A DNA stretch of 32,000 bases from Propionibacterium freudenreichii subsp. freudenreichii (GTDB lineage: Bacteria > Actinomycetota > Actinomycetes > Propionibacteriales > Propionibacteriaceae): positions 1,800,001 to 1,832,000 of the forward strand of contig NZ_CP010341.1 in assembly GCF_000940845.1 (NCBI RefSeq). Reading direction: 5' to 3'. Within the stretch, counting starts at the first letter, position 1. Each line of letters begins with the position of its first letter. A program made the translations under genes and the position numbers. A model generated the notes under the pieces. It saw only the letters and a program-made list of their open reading frames with translations. It made no database searches and was not told where the DNA came from. Below, in pieces: positions 17,126-25,576 of the stretch.

Positions 17126-18213
17126 TTCTTGCCGCCAGACGTTAGTCCACTACGGAACTCCACCACGTCCCCGTCCTGCATCACGTATTCCTTGCCCTCA
17201 AGGCGCACGCGACCGGCCGCCTGGGCCTCCTTCATGCCGCCGTACTCGACCAGCTCGTTGAAGCTGACCACCTCGGCCTTGATGAAGCCCTTCTCGAAGT
17301 CGGTGTGGATCACGCCGGCCGCCTGCGGGGCGGTCCAACCCTTGTGGATGGTCCAGGCGCGCGATTCCTTCTCGCCGGCGGTCAGGAAGCTCTGTAGGCC
17401 CAGCGTGTCGTAACCCACCCGCGCCAACTGGTTCAGGCCGGGCTCCTCCACGCCGGTATCGGCGAGGAACTCCGCGGCCTCCTCGTCGCTCATCTCCACC
17501 AGTTCGGACTCGAACTTCGCGTCGAGGAAGATCGCCTCGGCGGGCGCCACGAGCTTGCGGGTGCGGTCCAACAGGTCGGCGTCGGCCAGCTGGTCCTGAT
17601 CGCAGTTGAACACATAGATGTAGGGCTTGGCGGTGAGCAGCCACAGGTCGTGCAACGGCTCGGGATCCAGCCCGGCCTGGAAGATGCCGGTGCCGGCGGC
17701 GAGCGTCTCATAGGCCTTGCGGTAGACCTCCGCCTTGGGTCGCGTCTCCTTGCGGATCGCGGCCTCCTTCTCCACCTTGGGCAGCACCTTCTCCAGGGTC
17801 TGCAGGTCAGCCAGCACCAGCTCGGTGGTGATGGTGTCAAGGTCGGAACCGGGATTCACCTGCCCGTCCACATGGGTCACGTCCACATCGGTGAACATCC
17901 GGGTGACCTGGCAGATCGCATCGGCCTCGCGGATATTGGCGAGGAAGGCGTTGCCCATCCCCTCACCCTGCGAGGCGCCCTTCACGATGCCGGCGATGTC
18001 CACGAAGGTCACCGTGGCCGGCACGAGCTTGGCCGAGTCGAACATCTTGCCCAGCACGTCCAGGCGTCCGTCGGGCACGCCGACCACGCCCACATTCGGC
18101 TCGATCGTCGCGAACGGGTAGTTCGCGGCAAGGGCGTCGTTGCGGGTCAGCGCGTTGAACAGGGTCGATTTGCCGGCGTTGGGGAGGCCGACGATTCCAA
18201 TGGTGAGTGCCAC
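17122..18213 (-). CDS. ychF: redox-regulated ATPase YchF (363 aa) with non-canonical C-terminus
   Basis: MALTIGIVGLPNAGKSTLFNALT (P-loop), TGS-like C-terminal domain. Ends ...YVMQDGDVVEFRSGLTSGGKK* rather than the usual ...F(R/L)FNV*. GTG start at 18213. Confidence 0.95.
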   Translation of the reverse strand: MALTIGIVGLPNAGKSTLFNALTRNDALAANYPFATIEPNVGVVGVPDGRLDVLGKMFDSAKLVPATVTFVDIAGIVKGASQGEGMGNAFLANIREADAICQVTRMFTDVDVTHVDGQVNPGSDLDTITTELVLADLQTLEKVLPKVEKEAAIRKETRPKAEVYRKAYETLAAGTGIFQAGLDPEPLHDLWLLTAKPYIYVFNCDQDQLADADLLDRTRKLVAPAEAIFLDAKFESELVEMSDEEAAEFLADTGVEEPGLNQLARVGYDTLGLQSFLTAGEKESRAWTIHKGWTAPQAAGVIHTDFEKGFIKAEVVSFNELVEYGGMKEAQAAGRVRLEGKEYVMQDGDVVEFRSGLTSGGKK

Positions 18214-18220
18214 AACTGGC

Positions 18221-18226
18221 TAGGTT
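18221..18226 (-). promoter_or_regulatory. possible -10 hexamer TAACCT (TANNNT) 8 nt upstream of the ychF GTG (short-leader or leaderless transcript?)
   Basis: Minus strand reads ggTAACCTagccagttGTG. No SD is evident before the GTG. Inference only. Confidence 0.25.
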
Positions 18227-18228
18227 AC

Positions 18229-18330
18229 CGTCGACCCGTTCCAACCGCCCGCAGCCACCGGCCGTCGACCCGTTCCAACCGCCCGCAGCCACCGGCCGTC
18301 GACCCGTTCCAACCGCCCGCAGCCACCGGC
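18229..18330. repeat. perfect 3 x 34-bp tandem repeat (gtcgacccgttccaaccgcccgcagccaccggcc)
   Basis: Copies at 18229-18262, 18263-18296 and 18297-18330 are identical. Intergenic between the ychF start (18213) and the aminopeptidase stop (18376). The unit is not a multiple of 3. Confidence 0.95.
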
Positions 18331-18375
18331 CGCCGAGCGCGTCCACCCCTGCCCCGAACGCCGCCAATCGCAGGC

Positions 18376-19647
18376 TCAGGCCCCCATCCAGTAGGCCTCC
18401 AGTGCCCTGCTCAGCAACTGCGGATCCTGGCTGCCACACATCTCGCGAGTCGAGTGCATCGACAGGATCGGCACGCCGACGTCCACGGTGGGGATGCCCA
18501 ACCGGGTGGCGGTGATCGGCCCGATCGTCGTGCCGCAGGGCACGTCGTTGTTCGACACGAACGACTGGTGCACCACTCCGGCCGCCTCACACGCCCGCAG
18601 CCACAACGAGGCGGTCACCGAGTCGGTGGCATAGCGCTGCTTGGCGTTCACCTTCAGCGCCGGGCCCTGGTTCATCAGCGGACGCACCACGGGGTCGTAC
18701 TTGGACACATGGTTGGGGTTGACGCTGTGGGCTGCGTCGGCCGAGATGCACGAGCTGCGCGCCAACATCGCCTGATAGGCATCACCGCCCACCTCGAGTC
18801 CGGCCGCGATCCTGGTGAGCGCGTCGGACAGCAGCGGCCCGGCCGCACCGCTGGTGGTGGACGACCCCACCTCCTCGTGGTCGAAGGCCGAGAAGACGAC
18901 GACGTCATGGGGTGACTTCACCCGCAGCAGCGCCAACAGCCCGGGGAACACCGACGAGAGGTTGTCCAGCCTGCTGGACGCGAAGAACTCGCTCTGGTTG
19001 CCGAACAGTGCCGGCTCCTGGGTCGGATATGCGTACACATCGGCAAACCCGAATTCGGTGGGCAGAATGCCGGCCTGCCCACACAACAGCTCGATCACAT
19101 CGGGCTCGCTGCCCAGGCCATAGGAGGGCATCAGCTCATACTGCTGATCCACGGTGAGCGCCTGGTTCACCGAGCGGTCCAGGTGGGGCGCCAGCTGGCT
19201 GACGCGCATGATCGGCGCGGTGCGCACCAGGTGGTTCTCACCGGTTCGGGTGGTGATGCGTCCGGCCAGCCCGAGCTCACGGTCGAGCCAGCTGTTGATC
19301 AACGGACCGCCGTAGACCTCCATGTTGAGCTGCTGCCACCCGGCATTGTCGTAGACCGGCTCGGGCTTGAGCTTCAGCGCCGGCGAATCCGTGTGCACGC
19401 CCACGATGCGGAACCCGGTGGTGGGCTCGACGCGTTCGGGGGCGATCCAGGCCACGACGGCGCCGCCACGCACGAAATAGCGGCGTCCCGCGACACCGGT
19501 CCAGGGCAATTTCTCGTCCATCGCCTCGAAACCGGCCCGATCGAGCAGCGCCGACATGGTCTCGGCGGCGTGATAGCTGGTGGGGCTGCTGGAGATGAAC
19601 TGGGCAAAGGCGGTCATGAATTCGCTGGGGTCGGCCATGGTTGCCAT
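18376..19647 (-). CDS. M18-family (aspartyl) aminopeptidase
   Basis: HTDSPALKLKP, FDHEEVGSSTTSGA, ISADAAHSVNPNH and LSMHSTREM motifs. Start placed at ATG 19647 (MATMADPSEF); GTG 19668 and ATG 19638 are alternatives. Confidence 0.9.
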   Translation of the reverse strand: MATMADPSEFMTAFAQFISSSPTSYHAAETMSALLDRAGFEAMDEKLPWTGVAGRRYFVRGGAVVAWIAPERVEPTTGFRIVGVHTDSPALKLKPEPVYDNAGWQQLNMEVYGGPLINSWLDRELGLAGRITTRTGENHLVRTAPIMRVSQLAPHLDRSVNQALTVDQQYELMPSYGLGSEPDVIELLCGQAGILPTEFGFADVYAYPTQEPALFGNQSEFFASSRLDNLSSVFPGLLALLRVKSPHDVVVFSAFDHEEVGSSTTSGAAGPLLSDALTRIAAGLEVGGDAYQAMLARSSCISADAAHSVNPNHVSKYDPVVRPLMNQGPALKVNAKQRYATDSVTASLWLRACEAAGVVHQSFVSNNDVPCGTTIGPITATRLGIPTVDVGVPILSMHSTREMCGSQDPQLLSRALEAYWMGA

Positions 19648-19796
19648 TGAACCAGCGCACCCGGTCACGAACCAGTTCGCGTGACACGTCGTACACGCGG
19701 AGTCGGCGACGGCTCCCCCGCTCCCGGCAAAGGTCCAGCGCCCGGACGAAGGACGGCGTGCCCGGAAATGTCACAGGGCTGGGCAAGGATGGGCCC

Positions 19797-21146
19797 ATGA
19801 GTATCTCCACCGTGGTGATCGCCGTGCTGCTGCTGGCCGTGGGCCTGGCCATCGGCTTCTTCGTCGGTGCCCTGCACACGCGGGCCCGGGACATCGGACG
19901 CTCCGGCGAATTGGCCGGTGCCGTGGCCCAACGCGATGCCCTGCAGGCGCAGTTGGAGCGCACGCAGGCCGATCGCGAGGCGATGTCGCGGGAATTCCAG
20001 CGGCTGTCGGGCGAGGCGATGCAGCGGCAGACCCTGGCGGTGAACCAGACCGCCGGGGAGCGCCTGGCCGAGACGAAGCTGCTCATGGAGCCGGTGGCCA
20101 AGAGCCTCCACGAGATGAATGACCGCCTGCTGCAGGTGGAGCGGGCCCGTGCCCAGGGCGCCGCCGACCTGGCCCAGCAGGTGGCCAGCGTGCGCCACAG
20201 CAATGAGACGCTGCGCCGCGAGACCGAGGCGCTCGTGACGGCCCTGCGCAAGCCCCAGGTGCGGGGTGCCTGGGGCGAGACCCAGCTCAAGCGCACCGTG
20301 GAGATCGCCGGACTGGTGGACCGGGTGGACTTCGACACCCAGGTGGCCACCGAGACCGCAGACGGCGGACTCCGCCCGGACATGAGGGTGAACCTGGCCG
20401 ATGGCAAGGTGATCTTCGTCGATTCGAAGGCGCCGCTGGGCAACTTCATCGACGCCTTCCAGACCGACGACCCCGATCAGCGCACCCGCCTGCTCGACGC
20501 GTATGTGGCCAATGTGATCACCCACATCAACCAACTCGGCGCCAAGAACTACTGGCGCCTGGACGCGGGCAGCCCCGAGATGGTGATCCTCTTCCTGCCC
20601 AGTGACGCCCTGCTCCAGGTGGCGCTGGACCAGCGTCCCGACCTGCACGAGTACGCGGCCCGCCACGGCATCTTCCTGTCATCGCCGTCGATCCTGATTC
20701 CGATGCTGAGGGCCGTGCAGCACGGGTGGAAGCAGGCAGCCTTCGCCGAATCCGCCCAGCAGGTGGCAACGCTGGGTCGCGAGCTCTATGAGCGCCTGTC
20801 CACCATGGGCTCCCACATGGACAAGCTGGGTCGTTCGCTGGGCGGTGCCGTGAAGGCCTACAACGAAACCGTCGGGTCCCTGGAGCAGCGCGTGTTCGTG
20901 ACGGCCCGCAAGTTCGGTGAACTGCAGCTTGCCGACGACGAGCTGTCCTCACCACGGGCCGCCGAGACGAGTCCGCGGGTGCTCACCGCTCCCGAGTTGG
21001 TGGACGACACGGCCGCACTCGAAGCCGCCCCACCCGACCCGGCCACGGCTGGCCCGGGGTCGCCCGCTACGCCCGCCTCAGCTGCGTCGCACGGCGTGGC
21101 CGGCCCGGCGCTCACGCAACTCGGGCGGCAGGGCGAAGCTCAGTGA
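19797..21146 (+). CDS. rmuC: DNA recombination protein RmuC (449 aa)
   Basis: ATG 19797 ([24 protein letters not shown] anchor). Long coiled-coil. C-terminal nuclease-like core [21 protein letters not shown]...ILFLPSD. The upstream 52 codons of the ORF track are Arg/Ser-rich and non-coding-like. Confidence 0.9.
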   Translation: MSISTVVIAVLLLAVGLAIGFFVGALHTRARDIGRSGELAGAVAQRDALQAQLERTQADREAMSREFQRLSGEAMQRQTLAVNQTAGERLAETKLLMEPVAKSLHEMNDRLLQVERARAQGAADLAQQVASVRHSNETLRRETEALVTALRKPQVRGAWGETQLKRTVEIAGLVDRVDFDTQVATETADGGLRPDMRVNLADGKVIFVDSKAPLGNFIDAFQTDDPDQRTRLLDAYVANVITHINQLGAKNYWRLDAGSPEMVILFLPSDALLQVALDQRPDLHEYAARHGIFLSSPSILIPMLRAVQHGWKQAAFAESAQQVATLGRELYERLSTMGSHMDKLGRSLGGAVKAYNETVGSLEQRVFVTARKFGELQLADDELSSPRAAETSPRVLTAPELVDDTAALEAAPPDPATAGPGSPATPASAASHGVAGPALTQLGRQGEAQ

Positions 21147-22067
21147 TTCCTCCACGAGGCGCTCCTCGTCGGCGCGGGGATATCCCAACTGCGCCAGCCG
21201 GGCGATCACCCCGTCCACCAGTTCCTCGGGCACCGAGGCGCCGCTGGTGACGCCCACCGTGTTGACGCCGTCGAACCAGTCCGGATCGATCTCGTCGGCA
21301 TTGTCCACGCGTCGGGCCTGCTTGGCGCCGGCCTCACGGGCCACCTCCACCAGGCGCACCGAATTGGACGAGTTCTGCGAGCCCACCACGATCACCAGGT
21401 CGGAGTGCTTGGCAATGAGCTTCACCGCCGATTGCCGGTTCTGGGTGGCGTAGCAGATGTCATCGCTCGGCGGGTCGAGCAGATTCGGGAAGCGCTCACG
21501 CAGCCGCTCAACGGTGGCCCGCGTCTCATCGACGCTCAGCGTGGTCTGGGTGAGCCACGCCAGCGGCTGGTTGCGATCCAGCTCGAGCGCATCGACGTCC
21601 TCGGGGGTCTGCAGCAGCGTGATGTCGTCGGGCGCCTCGCCGGTGGTGCCCTCGACCTCCTCGTGCCCCTCATGGCCGATCAGCACGATCGGCACCCCAT
21701 CCTTCGCGAAGCGCTTCGCCTCGTGGTGCACCTTGGTGACCAACGGGCAGGTGGCGTCGATGGTGCGCAGCCCGCGGCGCGCCGCCTCCTCGCGCACCGC
21801 CGGGGAGACCCCGTGCGCCGAGAAGATCACCAGCGCACCGGCCGGCACCTCATCGAGCTCATCCACGAAGATCGCGCCCTGCTGTTCCAGGGTCTCCACC
21901 ACATGGCGGTTGTGCACGATCTGCTTGCGCACATAGACCGGCGCCCCGTACACGGCCAGCGCCCGCTGCACCGTGACCACGGCACGATCGACGCCGGCGC
22001 AATAACCTCGCGGAGCCGCCACCACCACGTGCTTGGCGGGACGATCGGTGCTGCCCTCTTGCGTCAT
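21078..22067 (-). CDS. ispH: 4-hydroxy-3-methylbut-2-enyl diphosphate reductase IspH (329 aa)
   Basis: [53 protein letters not shown] and GSQNSSNS motifs. Start at ATG 22067 ([17 protein letters not shown]), giving the usual length. Confidence 0.93.
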   Translation of the reverse strand: MTQEGSTDRPAKHVVVAAPRGYCAGVDRAVVTVQRALAVYGAPVYVRKQIVHNRHVVETLEQQGAIFVDELDEVPAGALVIFSAHGVSPAVREEAARRGLRTIDATCPLVTKVHHEAKRFAKDGVPIVLIGHEGHEEVEGTTGEAPDDITLLQTPEDVDALELDRNQPLAWLTQTTLSVDETRATVERLRERFPNLLDPPSDDICYATQNRQSAVKLIAKHSDLVIVVGSQNSSNSVRLVEVAREAGAKQARRVDNADEIDPDWFDGVNTVGVTSGASVPEELVDGVIARLAQLGYPRADEERLVEESLSFALPPELRERRAGHAVRRS

Positions 22068-22110
22068 GGCGTCCAGTGTATGGGCGCACCCAGCGACTAG
22101 CGTGGTGGTC

Positions 22111-23484
22111 ATGTCGCAGCCCGCCAGCCCCACGCCGCACTCGGGGCCCCCGTCGCCGCAGGGCGCCCGCACCTCCGGTCCTGCCCAACCGGCGTCGGCA
22201 GCCGCGTCGGCTTCCGCTGCGCCGGCGACGAAGCCGGGCCAGACCCCCCAGACCGCCGAGCGGTTGAGCACCGTCGTCGGGTGGGTCAAGGGTTGGGTGG
22301 AGCGCATGAACACCATCTGGGTGGAGGCCCAGGTGATCGAATTGCGACGCCGCGCCGGCGCCTATATGCACTTCCTCACCCTGCGTGACACGAGCTCCGA
22401 GGTGTCGGCCCAGGTCACTGCCACGACGGCGGTGCTCGACCAGGCCGGGCCCCTGACCGAGGGCACCACCGTGCTGGCCAAGGTGCGGCCCCGCGTGTGG
22501 AACAAGACCGCCCGCCTCAGCTTCGAATGCTTCGAGCTGCGCATTGCCGGCGAGGGCCAGCTGCTTGCCGAGCTCGAGAAACTCAAGCGCAAGCTCCAGG
22601 CCGAGGGCCTGTTCAGCCCCGCCCGCAAGAAGCCGCTCCCGATGATCCCGCGGCTCATCGGACTGATCACCGGCGCCGATTCAGCCGCCGAACGCGATGT
22701 GCTCACCAACACCCAACGACGCTGGCCCTCGGCACGATTCCGCGTGCGCCACGCCCTGGTGCAGGGCCCCAGCTCGGTGGCCGATGTCACGGCCGCGCTG
22801 GCCGAGCTCGACGCCGACCCGCAGGTTGACCTGATCGTCATTGCCCGCGGTGGTGGTTCCCTGGAGAACCTGCTGCCGTTCAGCGACGAGGGGCTCGTGC
22901 GTGCGGTCGCCGCCGCCTCGACGCCCGTGGTGAGCGCCATCGGTCACGAACCGGACACGCCGATCCTCGACCTGGTGGCCGACCTACGGGCGTCGACCCC
23001 CACCGACGCCGCCAAGCGCATCGTGCCCGATGCCGCCGAGGAGCGTCACGCCGTGGCCCAGCTGGTGGCCCGGGCGCGCACGGCGATCATCGCCCGCGTC
23101 AGCAACGCCCAGGCAGAACTCAACCAGCTGGTCTCGCGTCCCGTGCTCTCCGATCCGTCCGCTGCCCTGTCGGGCCACACCGAGCAGCTCGAGATGATGC
23201 GCTTCCGCCTCGACACCGCCATCGATCGGCTGCTCGACCACGAACGCACCGATGTGGCCCATGCCGTGCAGCGCATCCGGGCCATGTCGCCCAAGGCGAC
23301 CCTGGAGCGCGGCTACGCCATCGTGGCCGATGCGGACAATGCCTCGGTCACCTCAGTGACCCAGACCGAGCCGGGTGACCAGCTGATGGTCTTCCTGTCG
23401 GACGGACGCCTGGTGGTGGAGGTTGACGACACACTTCCGGGTGGTTCGGGGCCCGCAGGTGCCGACGACCCGCCCGCACGATGA
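22111..23484 (+). CDS. xseA: exodeoxyribonuclease VII large subunit XseA (457 aa)
   Basis: OB-fold N-terminus ([25 protein letters not shown]), [40 protein letters not shown]. Start at ATG 22111. Confidence 0.92.
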   Translation: MSQPASPTPHSGPPSPQGARTSGPAQPASAAASASAAPATKPGQTPQTAERLSTVVGWVKGWVERMNTIWVEAQVIELRRRAGAYMHFLTLRDTSSEVSAQVTATTAVLDQAGPLTEGTTVLAKVRPRVWNKTARLSFECFELRIAGEGQLLAELEKLKRKLQAEGLFSPARKKPLPMIPRLIGLITGADSAAERDVLTNTQRRWPSARFRVRHALVQGPSSVADVTAALAELDADPQVDLIVIARGGGSLENLLPFSDEGLVRAVAAASTPVVSAIGHEPDTPILDLVADLRASTPTDAAKRIVPDAAEERHAVAQLVARARTAIIARVSNAQAELNQLVSRPVLSDPSAALSGHTEQLEMMRFRLDTAIDRLLDHERTDVAHAVQRIRAMSPKATLERGYAIVADADNASVTSVTQTEPGDQLMVFLSDGRLVVEVDDTLPGGSGPAGADDPPAR

Positions 23485-23531
23485 CCCCATTGCCCCACCC
23501 ACGACCCGACACTTCCAAGGAAAGGACTGCC

Positions 23532-23774
23532 ATGGCAGCCGACGAACAGCCCGAACTGAGCTACGAGCAGGCCCGCGCCGAGTTGGCCGATGTGGTGACA
23601 AAGCTGGAGTCCGGCGGGGTTCCGCTGGCCGATTCCATGCAGCTGTGGCAGCGCGGCGAGAAGCTCGCACGCATCTGCCAGGGCTGGTTGGACGCGGCCA
23701 GGGCGACGATCGACAAGGCGCGCCAAGCTGACCAGGCGGCCTCCGATGCCGGCGAAATCGCCGACGACGAATAG
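23532..23774 (+). CDS. xseB: exodeoxyribonuclease VII small subunit XseB (80 aa)
   Basis: LSYEQARAELADVVTKLESGGVPLADSMQLWQRGEKLARICQGWLD. ATG 23532 is preceded by aaggaaagga. An alternative ATG at 23481 (ATGA overlap with xseA) gives 97 aa, but those codons have low third-position GC. Confidence 0.85.
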   Translation: MAADEQPELSYEQARAELADVVTKLESGGVPLADSMQLWQRGEKLARICQGWLDAARATIDKARQADQAASDAGEIADDE

Positions 23775-23810
23775 CGGCGCCCGGGGTCAAGCCCACCCGA
23801 CGGGTGCCGC
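23774..23810. terminator. stem-loop between convergent xseB and the hemolysin-III gene
   Basis: gcggcgcccg (23774-23783) pairs with cgggtgccgc (23801-23810): 10 bp including one G-U, 17-nt loop with further internal pairing. No U-tract. Confidence 0.35.
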
Positions 23811-23818
23811 GCGGCGGC

Positions 23819-24556
23819 TCAGCCGGCCGCCAGCCAGATGGAGACAAGGTGGCAGGCTGCCCCCACGACGGTGCCGGCATGGAAGATCTCGTGGAAGCCG
23901 AACCAGCGCGGTGACGGATTGGGCCACTTGAACGCGTACACCACCGCCCCCACGGTGTAACACAATCCGCCGGCGATCAGCCAGATGACGACGCCCGGGC
24001 CGCCGGCGCGCCAGAACTGCGGGATCCAGAACACGGCGGCCCACCCCATCGCGATGTACAGGCCCGTGTACAGGATGCGAGGCGCCCCCATCCACAGGTT
24101 GCGGCAGGCCACCTCGACGGCGGCGCAGGCCCACACGATGCACAGCAGCGTCACCCGCGATGCGCCGTGGAGCATCAGCACCGCCAGCGGCGTATAGGTG
24201 CCCGCGATGAAGATCGCGATGTTCGAGTGGTCGAAGCGGCGCAGCATCCCCGAGATCCGGGGGCTCCAGTGGCCGCGGTGGTAGATCGCCGAGTTGCCGA
24301 ACAGCATCAGGGCCGTGACCAGGTAGATCGCCTCGGCGAGGCGTCCCGACCAGCTGGCGGTGTGCACTATCAGCGCCAGGATCGCCAGGAAGATCAGTGG
24401 GGTCATCCCGGCGTGCAGCCAGCCGCGCATCTTCGGCTTGGCCGGTGTGGCCGCTGCGGTGTCCGAACGCTCGGCACCGGCGGGGTGACCCGCGCCATCG
24501 GTGGACGGACGCGCGGTCCGGCGCCGCGTGGCTGAACCCTGACGCTGCGACCCCAT
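23819..24556 (-). CDS. hemolysin III / PAQR-family membrane protein (245 aa)
   Basis: Multi-pass membrane protein with SAIYH, FDHSNIAIFIAGTYTP and HEIFHAGTV motifs. Start at ATG 24556 (MGSQRQG...). Confidence 0.85.
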   Translation of the reverse strand: MGSQRQGSATRRRTARPSTDGAGHPAGAERSDTAAATPAKPKMRGWLHAGMTPLIFLAILALIVHTASWSGRLAEAIYLVTALMLFGNSAIYHRGHWSPRISGMLRRFDHSNIAIFIAGTYTPLAVLMLHGASRVTLLCIVWACAAVEVACRNLWMGAPRILYTGLYIAMGWAAVFWIPQFWRAGGPGVVIWLIAGGLCYTVGAVVYAFKWPNPSPRWFGFHEIFHAGTVVGAACHLVSIWLAAG

Positions 24557-24561
24557 CACGT

Positions 24562-24581
24562 AACCTACGCTACCGTAGGTT
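24562..24581. promoter_or_regulatory. 20-bp palindrome AACCTACG-ctac-CGTAGGTT (operator or 5'-UTR hairpin candidate)
   Basis: Perfect 8-bp arms separated by 4 nt, 6 nt upstream of the hemolysin-III start, in the divergent intergenic region shared with uppS. Locally AT-richer than the surroundings. Confidence 0.35.
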
Positions 24582-24754
24582 TTGCGTCGGCGAGTCCGCG
24601 ATCGCGGTATTCCGCGCGGGATCCGTGGTGGGGACGCCCCTCCATCAGACGAGGGTCGTAGCGCCCGCCCGACATCGGGAACCCTGGTCGTGGCCACCGG
24701 CCCGTCGGCCGCTTCTGCCGGTGGGCGACTGGTGCGGGCGGATAGGCTGCCACC

Positions 24755-25564
24755 ATGGTGCACCACGAAGGGGCGAGCGAAACGTGGGACCGCCTCTCAC
24801 CTACCCGCCTGATCTATTCCACCTATGAAACACGTCTGCGTGCCGGGCTCGATCCGCGCGAGATGCCACGCCATGTGGCGGTGCTCGCCGACGGGAACCG
24901 ACGCTGGGCGCGCACCAATGCGCCCGGCCAGCCGCTTGAGGTGGGCTACAAGGCCGGCGCCGACAAGTTGCGCGAATTCGTGGGCTGGTGCGACGAGGTG
25001 GGCATCGGCGTGGTCACGCTGTGGGTGTTGTCCACCGAGAACCTGCAACGCTCCGGGCCCGACGAACTACTGCCCCTCATGGGCGTGATCGATCGGCTCA
25101 CCCGCGACCTGGCCGCCGTGCCCGACTACCGCGTGCAGCCGATGGGCGACCTCGACCTGTTGCCCGAATCGCTGGCGACCACCCTGCGCGAGGCCGCGCT
25201 GGAGACCATCGACAACACGGGTATCCACATCAACATCGCCGTCGCCTATGGCGGACGCCACGAACTGCGCGATGCGGTGCGCTCCCTGCTGGCCGCCGAA
25301 GCCGCGAAGGGAACCACCCTCGAGGAACTGTCCCGCACCCTGGACCCGAACCAGATCGCCGACCACCTGTACACCAAGGGCCAGCCCGACCCGGACCTAC
25401 TGATCCGCACCTCGGGCGAGCAGCGGCTCAGCGGCTTCCTGCCCTGGCAGAGCGCCCATTCCGAGCTGTACTTCTGCGAGGCCCTGTGGCCCGATTTCCG
25501 CAAGATCGACTTCTATCGCGCGCTGCGCTCCTACCAGCAGCGCGAACGACGCTTCGGGAAGTAG
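24755..25564 (+). CDS. uppS: isoprenyl transferase (undecaprenyl/decaprenyl diphosphate synthase family), 269 aa
   Basis: MPRHVAVLADGNRRWA, VTLWVLSTENLQRS, LIRTSGEQRLSGFLPWQSAHSELYF. Confidence 0.92.
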   Translation: MVHHEGASETWDRLSPTRLIYSTYETRLRAGLDPREMPRHVAVLADGNRRWARTNAPGQPLEVGYKAGADKLREFVGWCDEVGIGVVTLWVLSTENLQRSGPDELLPLMGVIDRLTRDLAAVPDYRVQPMGDLDLLPESLATTLREAALETIDNTGIHINIAVAYGGRHELRDAVRSLLAAEAAKGTTLEELSRTLDPNQIADHLYTKGQPDPDLLIRTSGEQRLSGFLPWQSAHSELYFCEALWPDFRKIDFYRALRSYQQRERRFGK

Positions 25565-25576
25565 CGTCCGGGCCGC

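Noticed and set aside
18229-18330. Could the 34-bp repeats be a CRISPR array?
   Set aside because: The units are directly abutting with no spacers, there are only three copies, and no cas genes are present. This is a simple tandem repeat.
22068-22316. N-terminal extensions offered by the ORF track for ispH (412 aa), rmuC (501 aa), hemolysin III (315 aa), ASCH (257 aa) and the 474-aa form of ORF 57..1481
   Set aside because: The extensions are Arg/Pro/Gly/Ser-rich with no homology-like features. They overlap divergent neighbours or upstream genes. Internal starts give canonical lengths and N-termini.
23481-23531. Extended xseB start (97 aa) with ATGA overlap on the xseA stop
   Set aside because: It is possible, but the extra 17 codons have much lower third-position GC (about 10/16) than the downstream coding region (about 25/30). 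ATG 23532 also has a strong aaggaaagga SD. It is kept as an alternative only.
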